From: an uncultured archaeon
Lineage (GTDB): Archaea; Asgardarchaeota; Lokiarchaeia; Sigyniarchaeales; SOKP01
DNA length: 33,198 bases
Direction: 5' to 3'
NCBI GenBank assembly: GCA_964632315.1
Contig: CAZWEM010000036.1
Coordinates: forward strand, 1 to 33,198
Of this stretch, positions 16,873 through 27,285 are shown piece after piece (the first letter of the stretch is position 1; each line of letters opens with the position of its first letter). The notes under the pieces are model-generated. The model had not been told where the DNA came from. It ran no database searches and saw nothing but the letters and a program-made list of their open reading frames with translations. A program made the position numbers and the translations under genes.

Positions 16873-18717
16873 ATGAGCGATCAGCGGACTGTCGGCCCTT
16901 ACAACCCTTCTATACCCGAGAACGTGCCGGTTCGTCCGGTGAATGTGGGGATGGTCCGCGATCGCTCGACAGAGGAGTTGCCGACTGGAGCTCATCTCAT
17001 CATCGATGGATACCTCTGCGACCCCTCGGGGCTGAAGAAAGCCGGTGCCTTCGACCTATTGGGGGCGCTCTCGGCAGTACCGGCAATAGATCGTCCGTTG
17101 CAGGACCTTGTTTCTTTCTGGCAGCCGGACGGTGATCGGCTCACACTTCTCATCGGAAGAAAATTTCTGTGGCTGGTAGACTACGTTACCGGACTGTCGC
17201 GAGTAGCTGGCTTCGACTACACTCCGGCAACGCAATGCACCCTCGACGGCACTGCGCACACCTTTACTGACGCGGCAGAAACTTTCACCTCAAAGACACT
17301 CTACCCGGGAGACGTTGTGATCCTCGATCCGAGCGGAACACCTGAGTATCACGAGATCACCGCGCTAACCGATACGGAAGGTACATTTGTCGATGATACA
17401 GCTCTCGCCGACGGAGATTACGATTACACGATTGTGCGGTCCTTCCACAACGATGTCGCCCAGTACCGCGTCACGTATGACTTCGTCGATCAGAAGATTC
17501 TTTTCGCCGATCGGTCGCCGTACCGGGGACTACTCGCTTACGATGGTACAAACTTTGGGCTCCTGAACGATACGCCCACTGTGGATGTGACCGAGATCAA
17601 CACGCTGCTCGTTTATGACGACAGAGTGTGGATTTTCGGGATGACGGAGGACAATGTCCGCTATCCCTATCGCGTTCGCTGGACGACAAAAAGTGACCGC
17701 ACGGACTTCCCCGTTGCGCAGTATAGCGATTTGCCGTACACCGATTCAGAACCTCTCCGCGCAAAAGATGCTGGGTCACTCATAATCATCTACTGCGGCA
17801 AGAAGATCTTCTACGGCCGGCCGACGAATATCGTAGGGCAGCCTTTCTACTTTGTCCCGATGGATACCGGGGACAACGGTCTGGTGGGCCAGAAGGCACT
17901 CTGCTCATACCTTGATGGCCACTTTTTCATCGGGCAGGACGACATCTATTTCTTCTCCGCGGCGCAGGGCACTCCACAGCGTATAGGCTCGGCGGTTGCT
18001 GATGTGATGCTTGCGAACAAGAAGACTCTCGAGACAGCCTACGCTGTACCCGATCCCACACATTCCCAGGTGGTATTCGGAATTCCTGGTGCCACGGGAC
18101 AAATTGAAACATTGTGGTTCTACAACTACAAGACAAAGGGCTGGTCATTTAAGCATACGGCTGCCACATTTGTCTCCTCAATTCCGATTGCAACACGCAT
18201 CACCTTCGACAATATCGACACGGTGTTCGCATCTGATCCAACCTTCGATGGGAGTTTCGCCGATCGTACGATCGATAGTGCGCGCACTTCCGTTTCTGCA
18301 GCAAACGTTCATATTGGCTCAGAAGGGCTCATTTACCGATACAACCCCGATGCTGACACAGATGCGCAGTTTGGTGTTGAGGCAGTCGAGGTAATGAGCG
18401 GAGACATGGATTTCGGCTACCCAGATTATATGAAGACGGTGAGCCGCCTGAAGGTTAAGATAAGTCGTCGTCTGAACGAAGATGAGGATTTGCGCTTTCA
18501 GCTCTATCTGTCGTATAATAGAGGTAGGACATGGAAGCGGACAAAACGAGATATTAGAATTTCTGCGGGAACGGATGAGGGAAAGATGACGTTCAAGGCA
18601 ACCGGGTCGCTTTTCCGATACCGGCTGCGATCGGTCAACCAGATCCGAACCTACACAATCGATATGATCGGACTACGCGTTCGCATACGCGGCGTCGAGT
18701 CGGCGCACCCGGCATAG
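16873..18717 (+). CDS. Tail nozzle / DNA stabilisation protein (P22 gp10 / T7 gp12-like)
   Basis: 614 aa beta-rich propeller-like protein (RVRWT...YNYKTKGWS...SGDMDFG...SYNRGRTW) directly before the ejection proteins. Confidence 0.75.
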   Translation: MSDQRTVGPYNPSIPENVPVRPVNVGMVRDRSTEELPTGAHLIIDGYLCDPSGLKKAGAFDLLGALSAVPAIDRPLQDLVSFWQPDGDRLTLLIGRKFLWLVDYVTGLSRVAGFDYTPATQCTLDGTAHTFTDAAETFTSKTLYPGDVVILDPSGTPEYHEITALTDTEGTFVDDTALADGDYDYTIVRSFHNDVAQYRVTYDFVDQKILFADRSPYRGLLAYDGTNFGLLNDTPTVDVTEINTLLVYDDRVWIFGMTEDNVRYPYRVRWTTKSDRTDFPVAQYSDLPYTDSEPLRAKDAGSLIIIYCGKKIFYGRPTNIVGQPFYFVPMDTGDNGLVGQKALCSYLDGHFFIGQDDIYFFSAAQGTPQRIGSAVADVMLANKKTLETAYAVPDPTHSQVVFGIPGATGQIETLWFYNYKTKGWSFKHTAATFVSSIPIATRITFDNIDTVFASDPTFDGSFADRTIDSARTSVSAANVHIGSEGLIYRYNPDADTDAQFGVEAVEVMSGDMDFGYPDYMKTVSRLKVKISRRLNEDEDLRFQLYLSYNRGRTWKRTKRDIRISAGTDEGKMTFKATGSLFRYRLRSVNQIRTYTIDMIGLRVRIRGVESAHPA

Positions 18718-18726
18718 GAGGTTAGA

Positions 18727-19605
18727 ATGGGACTTTTCGACGCGATCGGTGGATTGCTCGGAATCGGTAGTGGAGCGGACCCGTACATAAAGACCGGAAG
18801 CGCCTCTGATGTGGTGAACACCAATCCGTTTACCGATGCCTTTCTCAAATCTCTGCAGGGGCAGGCCGGCCAGACGCAGGGCGATCTCAACAACATCCTA
18901 TTTGGCAACGGTGGTGTCATCGACACGTCAAACCTTGCGAAAACTCTACTTGGGTCGAACGCGAATGCGGCCACAAACGTGGGGTATGACCCGAACGCGG
19001 CTATCAACGAATTCCTTTCTCGCACACCGCAGCTGCAGGACATAGCACGAGGCTCCGTCTCCCCGTTCACAGCAGACCAGCAGCTTCGCGATCTACAAAC
19101 CCAGATCGGGCAGGCTGTGAGCGACCAATTCTCGGGCAACCCACAGTCTGGTGCATTTGTCGGCGCTATGACCCAAGCACAAGCTCAGCCGTTGCTCAAC
19201 CTTTCCCTCAACCGGATGCAGGCCGAAAACACTGCAACACAGAACATGTTTGGCCAGGTTGGGAACAACCTCAACACCAACTACAACCTCGTTCCCAGCG
19301 TGTTGCTGCAGGGGTTGGGTCTCGCAAACCAGTCCGCAAGTGGAATTAACGACACGGCTGGGACGCAACTGAATGCCGGCAACATTCTCGCATCGCTTCT
19401 CGGGCAGAATCTCCAGCAGCAGGGTCAGATTGCGGCGCCGAACTGGTGGCAGCCGACCTACCTCAACAATCCCGACTACGTGAGTGCCGGAAACATCCTG
19501 AATCTCGGCGGGCAGCTTGCGGGAGCTGGAATATCGGGAGCTGCACAAAGTAGCACAAATGCGCTCCTTGATCAGATTCTCGGTAGGCTCCCGAAGACCG
19601 CATAA
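18727..19605 (+). CDS. Putative ejection (internal virion) protein
   Basis: N-terminus MGLFDAIGGLLG; Gln/Asn/Gly/Ala-rich and nearly uncharged; position after the nozzle. Confidence 0.65.
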   Translation: MGLFDAIGGLLGIGSGADPYIKTGSASDVVNTNPFTDAFLKSLQGQAGQTQGDLNNILFGNGGVIDTSNLAKTLLGSNANAATNVGYDPNAAINEFLSRTPQLQDIARGSVSPFTADQQLRDLQTQIGQAVSDQFSGNPQSGAFVGAMTQAQAQPLLNLSLNRMQAENTATQNMFGQVGNNLNTNYNLVPSVLLQGLGLANQSASGINDTAGTQLNAGNILASLLGQNLQQQGQIAAPNWWQPTYLNNPDYVSAGNILNLGGQLAGAGISGAAQSSTNALLDQILGRLPKTA

Positions 19606-19614
19606 GGAGAAAAT

Positions 19615-20829
19615 ATGGCCATCGAAAGCGCCAGCTACGGCGGCGGAATGCAGCCGACCAATATCGATCTCGGTACTCTCGTACAGGCGATTCAGTTCAA
19701 CCAGCAGGTACAGCAGCGCAATCGCGAGCTACAGGACGTTCGGACGAAAGAAACCGGCGACGCAATCGTGAAAAACGCCGGCGTACAGGGGCTGTTCCTC
19801 GCGGATCCGAAGCTGGCCGAGAACTGGGCAAAGCTTACAGGAGTCGATCTCAAGCCATTCACCAGCGGTGCTGTATACGACCAAAATGGTGGTCTCGATC
19901 GCCAGGCTACCTTTAGGCAATGGGCTGAGGATCCGAATACGCTGTGGGCGCAGGACCAGCGCGCATGGGTCGCCAACAACCTTGGGCCGCTTTTCGCCTC
20001 TGCGCCATCCGAGTCGCCTTCTTCTCCTTCTGTGCCCGCAACGGCGGGGGCCCCCACACCTCCCCCAACCGATACCCAAGGGCAAAAGCAGGTAGCACCT
20101 GTTCCGGGAGCGGCAAGTGATTATGCTCGCTCGCAAGGGGGCGCCCAAGCAGCGCCTGCCGGCGGAAAGGTCGTTGGACCGCCACCTGTCACTATGCCTG
20201 ACTGGAAAACTACCCCTGAAGGCCAGCAGCTTTTTACCTCCTTGAAGCAGAACCTTCAGAGAGAGATTGACAGTGGAACAACTCCTGCAGATCTCTATAA
20301 GAAGTATGCCGACGGTAGGACATTCTCGAATGAGGATGTTGGGCAAGCGCTCAAGGATTTGGCAGCGGAACCTGCAAACATGCAACGGCGTACTCTTCTT
20401 GAGAAGGCTGCCGAGCTCTCCGGGGCTCAGCCGACTGTTCAGGAAGCGCAGGATACACTGAAGCAGAAGATGGTCCAATTCGATCAAGCCTCGCGCACTT
20501 TCCAACCCGATCATGTCGGCGCGCAAAATCCGAATGACGTGTGGAGAGGGATTAACGGGTGGATGCAGTCACGGATGGCTCAGGATGGCGTTTCGGCTGC
20601 TGACCAGAACCTGGTAATGAACGCATCCATGATCACTTCCGGGCAGAAACCTACTCCCGAGCAGACCCAGCGCCTCGATAAGATCGCGCAAGATGTTTTC
20701 GGGTTCGACAACTTTCAACAGCTCGCCGCAGCGCGACAGAATGCCGGCTACATGCAGGGCGGAAACCTGGGCGAGGGTGGTCGAAAGGTACAGGATCCTT
20801 CGGCGATATCACCCGATGTGCTCGACTAG
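19615..20829 (+). CDS. Putative ejection protein, N-terminal part (ends at an in-frame TAG)
   Basis: AAGGAG SD; Gln/Ala/Pro-rich. The reading frame stays open after the TAG to 21975. Confidence 0.65.
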   Translation: MAIESASYGGGMQPTNIDLGTLVQAIQFNQQVQQRNRELQDVRTKETGDAIVKNAGVQGLFLADPKLAENWAKLTGVDLKPFTSGAVYDQNGGLDRQATFRQWAEDPNTLWAQDQRAWVANNLGPLFASAPSESPSSPSVPATAGAPTPPPTDTQGQKQVAPVPGAASDYARSQGGAQAAPAGGKVVGPPPVTMPDWKTTPEGQQLFTSLKQNLQREIDSGTTPADLYKKYADGRTFSNEDVGQALKDLAAEPANMQRRTLLEKAAELSGAQPTVQEAQDTLKQKMVQFDQASRTFQPDHVGAQNPNDVWRGINGWMQSRMAQDGVSAADQNLVMNASMITSGQKPTPEQTQRLDKIAQDVFGFDNFQQLAAARQNAGYMQGGNLGEGGRKVQDPSAISPDVLD

Positions 20830-20838
20830 ACCTGGAAA

Positions 20839-21975
20839 GTGGGAACGGCAAAGACTTCGGTTGAGCAAGGTGCTACACCTACATCGACTCAGTTTCGCGA
20901 TCTCCCGCCGCAAGTACAGCAGGCTGTGCAGACCGCAGGAGGAATAGAGAAAGTCGTGCCTCAAGGCGGAAGCGCGGGATTGGACGAGGCTGCGGGGAAA
21001 GCTCTCGATGCCATCGACAATCCGAGGGGTGGTGCAAGCGACTATGCGCGCAAGTTCAATGCAGCGGCTGTTGGGCAGGCAACCAAGAAAGTCAACGCGC
21101 AGCTGATCCCTGCCGTGAAACAGACCGTTGCGAATGTTGGGCGTGCGGAGTCGAAGCAGGGCGACAGCAGCCCGATGAAAGCCTACTCCCTCGAGTATCG
21201 CGACCATGTTCTCAAGATGCTGCAGGAGGATCCAGCGCGGGCAGACCTGCTGCTGCCAGGAATAAGTGGGCAGGTAGGCACTCTTGCGAAGGACCGCGCG
21301 GCTACACGCTATCAGAACGCACTTGCCGACAACCTGTTTCAGCAGGCGCGAAAGCTCGGGAAGGAACTCGATAACGGTATAATCGACAAGCAGCTTGCAT
21401 TGGACAGCCGAAAGCTCGATTTCCAGCTTCAGCAGCTGTCTTCGCAGGAGCGAATGGCTAAGTTGGCAGACGCTCTCACGCTCATCAAGATAAAGGCTGA
21501 CCTCCTAAAACTGACTGCTTCGGGGAAGGGGGGAAACACCGCGAAGTACCTAAGCAACGGTGAGTACCTCTTCCAACATCCGCCTGCCGGAGGCTGGCCG
21601 GAGGGAAGTGCACAGAAGAAGGCAGTCGATGCCTACCTCGGTGCTGTCACCAATGGTGAAAAGAGTCTCGCCGACCTCGGCCAGGAGCTCGGACCCCTTC
21701 TTAACTTCATAAACGAGCGTTGGGCCGGGGCTACCGGTGGGCAATCCTTGAACGAACGGGCAAAGGCTTCACAAAGTGTATTTGAGAAAGGTAAGGAAAT
21801 GGGAGGCGCATCCGCCACACCCGATCAGCAGTTTCAGGCCTTTCAAGACCAGATCAATAGCATCCTCCAAAGCCTCTCAGTCGGTGGGGCAGCGCCTGCG
21901 CAGACAGTTCCTCAAACTCCTCCTGCTGCGCCCTCCACTCCGAGTGATCTCTACGATCGTGCGGGTGTTCAATGA
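20839..21975 (+). CDS. Putative ejection protein, C-terminal part (same frame as 19615..20829)
   Basis: 378 open codons of similar composition. No well-spaced SD before GTG 20839. The stop overlaps the next ATG. Confidence 0.6.
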   Translation: MGTAKTSVEQGATPTSTQFRDLPPQVQQAVQTAGGIEKVVPQGGSAGLDEAAGKALDAIDNPRGGASDYARKFNAAAVGQATKKVNAQLIPAVKQTVANVGRAESKQGDSSPMKAYSLEYRDHVLKMLQEDPARADLLLPGISGQVGTLAKDRAATRYQNALADNLFQQARKLGKELDNGIIDKQLALDSRKLDFQLQQLSSQERMAKLADALTLIKIKADLLKLTASGKGGNTAKYLSNGEYLFQHPPAGGWPEGSAQKKAVDAYLGAVTNGEKSLADLGQELGPLLNFINERWAGATGGQSLNERAKASQSVFEKGKEMGGASATPDQQFQAFQDQINSILQSLSVGGAAPAQTVPQTPPAAPSTPSDLYDRAGVQ

Positions 21976-24900
21976 GCGACATCTATACGCTTCCTGGGCA
22001 ATTTCCGGTCGGCGGCTCCTCTCAGCCTTCCCAAACCCCTGCCATAGGGCCTCCTCCTGCTCCTTCCGCGCCACAGGGAGGGGCCGCCGATTTCAATAAC
22101 ATCCTCAACGACCCACAGTTTCAGGCAATGTCGTATCAGGACCAACTGAGGGTCCGAGAGCAGTGGTTCAAAGAGTACGCGGTTGGCGACCCGCAGTTCC
22201 AAGGTATGTCCAAGCAAGAGCAGGACGCGTTCTCGAAGAAATTCCTCCTCGCTGCTCCCGCATTTTCCGGCCCAAAGAGCCAGACAACCGATCAGCTGAT
22301 GCAACTTGCTGAGACTCTCAAAAGTGGCGCAGCCTCGAGCGATGACAAGTCGAATGCGCTGCTTGCCCTTTACAACCAGAGTACCTACTCCAACATGGGC
22401 ATTGCCCGCACCATCATGAAGACAGCGGTGAATATCGGACATGCGCTTGGTGTGTCGAAGGGTGTCGACATTCCTGATACCGGTCCACAAGAGAAGAAGG
22501 CTACCGACTACCTTGCGACAATCGCTTCACAGGATCCTGAGCTGCAGCCGAAGGTCGGGTACGCGATAGGTGGCGGCTCCATCACTGGATTCGTCACTGA
22601 CTTTCTCGCCGGGCGCACTGCGTTGTCTGCCGTACAGACTCTTTTCACCGGCACAGCTCTCGCTAAGCAGGCGATACGGGCTGAAGCGCTTCCCACGCGC
22701 ATCTCTACCGCGGCGAGTCTCGGGAAAAGTGCGAAGGTGGTGAAGCTGAGCGACAGGCTTGCTGCTCTACAGGAGACGCTTGGATCATCCGCAACATCTC
22801 CTACAGGAGCGTTTGCTTCAGGGATGTTCCCGAGAAAGTTCGCAGCCGCCACGCAAGCGGCGTCGAAAGCGTCCCGGTGGCTTTACGAGACGGCTATCCC
22901 AAACGTAGTTGAAAGCACGCGTGATGCAGCGATACTAACAACCCACGATTTCATGAAGGACCACTTCACCAATCAAGAGCTCCAGTCCCTCCCAGCGTGG
23001 GGCAAGATCGTGAAAACGACCCAGCTCATGGGGGAGAACTTTCTTGGCGACATGGTAGCGATGGGCATTTTTTCGGTTGTCGGTGGAATGGGTAAGGCAC
23101 TCAGTAAGGTGCTGACAACAGGCTATGCGAGAGCCTCTCGGAGGGTGATCGACGATTCCACACAGAGAGCCTTCCGAGACTACCTGCTTGAAGGTAGGGC
23201 ATTGCCGGCTGAAACCCTGAAGGACCTCTCACCAGAGGCCCAATCTGCCTTGAAGCGTGCTCGAGCGAAAACGATCCTCGCCACAAAGATTCCCGACCTT
23301 ACCCATGAGGAACTGTCGCAGGTTGTGGCCAAAAAGAACGGCTACGATCTGTCAAAGGAAGATGGTAAATGGGTCGTGAGGGTAGACTTTCAGGAAAACA
23401 ATATTCTCGGAAAGTATGCGACTGTCGACAATGCGACACAGGCTGCCTTCAAGCATCAGCAAGCGGCGATCGATCATGGCATTGCCTCGAGTGAGGATCT
23501 TTTCTCGAATGCTGCGGCCTCCGGAAAGCTGCGAATGAGCGAGATAGTGAAGGCGCAGGCTGGTGAGGTGAATCTCGGTGGCGACTCGTGGGTGAAGTTC
23601 CTTACCCCCCATCCACAAACCGGCGAGCTCAGTCCCAATGCGGTGCGTGGTGTCACTCAATCATTTATGCGCGCTTCCGGCATGTCCCCCCAGACCGCGG
23701 CTCGGTTTAAGGTGAAGGTGGTGGACGATTACTTCTCGAAGACACCTGCCGAGCTTCCGGCGAACACTATCGCAATTCCGCGAACTATCGTTACTCCCTC
23801 GCAGGAGGAGCGCTTCATAAAGAAGTTCTTCAGCGACCTTAAGGCGAATGCCGGCAAATTCAATGTGTCCCGAGCCGGCGGCGCTCGGGCTGCGAAGGAC
23901 TTCCTCGAAGGATTTCCAGTCAAGAAGCAGGAGGCGACGCTCAGCCCGCTATGGGTGAAGTACAATCTTGCTGAGATAGCACCTGGAGCCAAGCTTGTGC
24001 AGGACGGGCCGGGCTGGAAGGTAACTGGGCTTCCTTCAGGAGAGGTACAGTTTCCCGACCTGACGGCGCTTGGTGACTGGATCCATTCGGCGGTCTACAC
24101 TCCCACCGAAGACAGTCTACGTCTCGCGCTCAAAATAGATCATGGCATCGAGCTTCGCGCAGACAATGGCCGTCTGTTCCTCAAGAGGCAAGGGCAGGTA
24201 CTGCGTTCGGGTACAGGTTATGAGTCGGCAGCCGACGTCATTGCCGCAAATCCTGATCTCGCTCCCAAACTCCCTGTAGACAAGATGCCAGAGCTGATGC
24301 TCATCGATCCGTCCGGAGCAGTCCAGATTCAAGGAAGAGTCATAAGTGGACCTGCAAGCGAGCTGGCGGCATTCGCCGGAAAGTATCGACGCTACTCGAC
24401 CTTCAAGATGTCGAAGCAGGTAAAGGAATTCGAGGATGGGACGAAGCTCTCGTACTCCCCCGAGACGCGCTTCTTCACCTTGGAGTCTCCGGGGCTCAAT
24501 TACGTGAAGTCCTTCGAGAACTACAAGGATGCTGTAAAGTGGGTTCAATCGCAGTCTGATCAATATGAGTACCTGACTGCGGTGGCCGCCGAAAAGGGTG
24601 CCGAGGTACAGCAGGTAGCCGGTCGTTTTCTTATTCGCCATATGGATAGCCCCAAGGGTCCACTCACCGCAAACAATCTGAAGGAGCTGAACGACGTGAT
24701 CGCGAAACTCCCGACGAATGAATTTGCGGCGCGTGAACTCTCGGGGTTGGCTGACGCTGTCGTTGGCAGTATTCAGAGACAACTTCCTCGGGAACTTCAA
24801 TCCTCGCCTACGGGAGTACAGTCGGTCTTTTCGGAGGCCGACTTCTCCCGTCTTTTTGACGAGGTGCGCAAGAAGGGGAAACAGGTGAATGCCGGCGGAA

Positions 24901-26819
24901 GACTGTACCGCCCGACCGATCGCATGTTTCAGAAGTTTGCTCAGGAAAGTGGAAACAACGACTACTACAACACAGTATTCAACGACGTGAACCGCGCAGT
25001 CGATGCTCAGGAAGGCCTCATGGGCACCTGGGAGGACTACATCTCAAGGCTTTTTGCGCACAGTACCAAGAAGCAGCGGAAGGTTTACGGGATGATGCTC
25101 GAGCAGCCTGAAAGTGCGTGGACTGCAAAGGCGAAAGACCTCTACCAGTACGACCTCACTCCGCGAGATAAGGAAATCGCAGGCTATATTCGCGATGTCA
25201 TGGGTCGTGATCAATCTCGAGGCCTGTTCAAGGTGTTCGGTGTTGATGGGTGGGAATTCCTCAGCTTCTACCGACCGCGAATAAAGGAGTGGTTGGCCGA
25301 AAACGCAGATGCTGTCGATCGTACCGGGATGGCCAACGGTGTGCTACGCCAGATATTCGGCAACAAGCCTGTAAAGTCGATCGAGTTTTTTGGAAAGAAC
25401 CTCCGGACGAACGATCTCATCAACTTTGCCAATCTCGAAGATGCGAAGGAAATTCTGACCTACTACGGTAGGAAGGGGTATAAGGCCATCACTGTGGGGC
25501 CCGCGATGGATAAGGCTATCGAGTGGCTCAACAAGAACAGCGGCCAGATTTCAGGTTCTGCACTCGATCATGCCATAACCTACCTCAGTGATGTTGGTGG
25601 TATGAACACCAACTACGCTACCCGTGCTCTCGACGAGGCAACCATTAAGGTGAGTGGCGATTTCCTCGAAGCTCTCAAGAAGAACAAGGTACTCTCGAAG
25701 CTCACCTCTGAGGACAAGAAGGCATGGCGCGACTTTATCGGAAAGCTGCAGGGGCTCACCGTTGGTTCGACGATGGCCTTCAAAGTGTACAATGTTGTTC
25801 GGAACGCTCAGCAGATCTGGACTACCCTCGCCTGGCGTGTTGGATTCGACACGACGATGGAGGCGCTGAAGCGTGTCAACGCACATGGAGACGAGATTGC
25901 ATTCAGGATGCGGCAAGCCGGTCGACTGAAATCAGATGCTCCGATATTCGGGCTCGCTGAGCGCGGGTCGTTGAATCGGTTCAACCGCATCGGTATGAAA
26001 GGCTACCTGAACGCCGACGATCTTGACCGTATGGTGGTCGATCAGGCAGCCGAGATCCTCATAAAGGATGCAGGGAAGCGGCTCGAGAAAGGCATTATCA
26101 ACGAAGAGCAGTTTCTCAAGATGAGTGGGCTCTCGCGAATGGATCCGCAGATACAGGCAACCGTCGTGAAGCGCTTGAAGGGTGAAGGGCTGGAGGCGGC
26201 ATACGACGAGTACAGTCGAACGCTGGTTCGGGAGACGATGTTTCCCTATCGCGAGGGGTCGAATCCGCTGCTGTTCCGTGGTGTGTGGGGCAGGATGTTT
26301 GGAATGTTCGGGCACTACCCTGTGTACTACCTTGAGAATCTTCGAAGAGGGTTCGCGAATCTCTCGACCGCGGAGAAGCTTGTAACCGGTGTCCGACTTG
26401 CTGCAACTACCGCGGCTCTTACTACGACCTTCGGCAAGGTGTTCGGAATTCGTCCCACTGACTTCACACTGCAGGGCCAGATGCTCATCAATGGTGGGCC
26501 ATACTATCAGTTCGTGAACGAGCTTTTGGACAGAATGAGCGGCTACAACGCTTACCAGCGACCGGCTCTCACGCCTGCGGATAAGCAGAAGCGACTGGCT
26601 GCGAACGTGAGGTGGGCTGCAGGCCAGATCACTCAGATGTTCGTTCCAGGATCCAACATCCTACGACATGCGATGCTTGGGCTTGAAGCTATCGACAAGG
26701 GACGTGAGTATGAGGGAGTGTTGCGACTGCTGTCTATTCCCGTGGATCCTTCGCTGGGCGATCCGAAAGCAGGGAATATCGAAAACATACTCGTCGGCCG
26801 TCTTTTAAACTTGCGATGA
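21972..26819 (+). CDS. Large internal virion / DNA ejection protein (1615 aa)
   Basis: Last and largest gene of the structural operon. Ala-rich and helical, with a C-terminal GRMFGMFGHYP motif and hydrophobic segments, as in podovirus ejectosome proteins. Confidence 0.7.
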   Translation: MSDIYTLPGQFPVGGSSQPSQTPAIGPPPAPSAPQGGAADFNNILNDPQFQAMSYQDQLRVREQWFKEYAVGDPQFQGMSKQEQDAFSKKFLLAAPAFSGPKSQTTDQLMQLAETLKSGAASSDDKSNALLALYNQSTYSNMGIARTIMKTAVNIGHALGVSKGVDIPDTGPQEKKATDYLATIASQDPELQPKVGYAIGGGSITGFVTDFLAGRTALSAVQTLFTGTALAKQAIRAEALPTRISTAASLGKSAKVVKLSDRLAALQETLGSSATSPTGAFASGMFPRKFAAATQAASKASRWLYETAIPNVVESTRDAAILTTHDFMKDHFTNQELQSLPAWGKIVKTTQLMGENFLGDMVAMGIFSVVGGMGKALSKVLTTGYARASRRVIDDSTQRAFRDYLLEGRALPAETLKDLSPEAQSALKRARAKTILATKIPDLTHEELSQVVAKKNGYDLSKEDGKWVVRVDFQENNILGKYATVDNATQAAFKHQQAAIDHGIASSEDLFSNAAASGKLRMSEIVKAQAGEVNLGGDSWVKFLTPHPQTGELSPNAVRGVTQSFMRASGMSPQTAARFKVKVVDDYFSKTPAELPANTIAIPRTIVTPSQEERFIKKFFSDLKANAGKFNVSRAGGARAAKDFLEGFPVKKQEATLSPLWVKYNLAEIAPGAKLVQDGPGWKVTGLPSGEVQFPDLTALGDWIHSAVYTPTEDSLRLALKIDHGIELRADNGRLFLKRQGQVLRSGTGYESAADVIAANPDLAPKLPVDKMPELMLIDPSGAVQIQGRVISGPASELAAFAGKYRRYSTFKMSKQVKEFEDGTKLSYSPETRFFTLESPGLNYVKSFENYKDAVKWVQSQSDQYEYLTAVAAEKGAEVQQVAGRFLIRHMDSPKGPLTANNLKELNDVIAKLPTNEFAARELSGLADAVVGSIQRQLPRELQSSPTGVQSVFSEADFSRLFDEVRKKGKQVNAGGRLYRPTDRMFQKFAQESGNNDYYNTVFNDVNRAVDAQEGLMGTWEDYISRLFAHSTKKQRKVYGMMLEQPESAWTAKAKDLYQYDLTPRDKEIAGYIRDVMGRDQSRGLFKVFGVDGWEFLSFYRPRIKEWLAENADAVDRTGMANGVLRQIFGNKPVKSIEFFGKNLRTNDLINFANLEDAKEILTYYGRKGYKAITVGPAMDKAIEWLNKNSGQISGSALDHAITYLSDVGGMNTNYATRALDEATIKVSGDFLEALKKNKVLSKLTSEDKKAWRDFIGKLQGLTVGSTMAFKVYNVVRNAQQIWTTLAWRVGFDTTMEALKRVNAHGDEIAFRMRQAGRLKSDAPIFGLAERGSLNRFNRIGMKGYLNADDLDRMVVDQAAEILIKDAGKRLEKGIINEEQFLKMSGLSRMDPQIQATVVKRLKGEGLEAAYDEYSRTLVRETMFPYREGSNPLLFRGVWGRMFGMFGHYPVYYLENLRRGFANLSTAEKLVTGVRLAATTAALTTTFGKVFGIRPTDFTLQGQMLINGGPYYQFVNELLDRMSGYNAYQRPALTPADKQKRLAANVRWAAGQITQMFVPGSNILRHAMLGLEAIDKGREYEGVLRLLSIPVDPSLGDPKAGNIENILVGRLLNLR

Positions 26820-27285
26820 ACGTAACGTGGGTGTCCTCCGGCTTCATTGCCGGAAGGCGCCACACATCGATTGCAGCAGTTGGGATCTTTCGTCCTTTCA
26901 CATCAACGACGTACCGGCGCCGGGCGAACAGCTTAGTGACCTGCTTCTCCACATCGAAACGATAGTCGCGCCGCATCCGCCAGAGAAACGATTTGACGTA
27001 ATTGTAGGGCATCCCGCTCTCGCGAGCTACCTCGGAGGCCTTCGCACGCATAGGGTCAACAGTGGGATTAGCTTTGAGCCAGCGCTTGAGCGTGTAGTAT
27101 CCTTCCCCTGGCGGCCGGCCGCGATGCGTATAGGTGCGAAGGACACGCTGGATAGTACGCTTGCTTACCTTGAGGCGCTTAGCTGTTTTGGCGATACTGT
27201 TGCCGAGCTGGACGTAGAGGGCAAGAACGTCCTCCTCGCTGAGCTGCGCAACGTCTATCGCTTTCGGTCGACCGCTTTCAGTCAT
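26734..27285 (-). CDS. Helix-turn-helix DNA-binding protein
   Basis: GRPK...LGNSIAKTAKRLKVSKRTIQRVL HTH, plus a second HTH-like segment ASEVARESGMPYNYVKSFL. Confidence 0.7.
   Translation of the reverse strand: MTESGRPKAIDVAQLSEEDVLALYVQLGNSIAKTAKRLKVSKRTIQRVLRTYTHRGRPPGEGYYTLKRWLKANPTVDPMRAKASEVARESGMPYNYVKSFLWRMRRDYRFDVEKQVTKLFARRRYVVDVKGRKIPTAAIDVWRLPAMKPEDTHVTFIASLKDGRRVCFRYSLLSDRPAKDPRE

Noticed and set aside
7195-18729. Several genes end in TAG followed in frame by the next ATG (7197/7207, 16863/16873, 18717/18727), suggesting genome-wide amber recoding
   Set aside because: Each is TAGGAG, a stop overlapping the SD with normal spacing, and a TAA junction (19605/19615) shows the same geometry. 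Long genes contain no internal TAGs except the single case at 20827.
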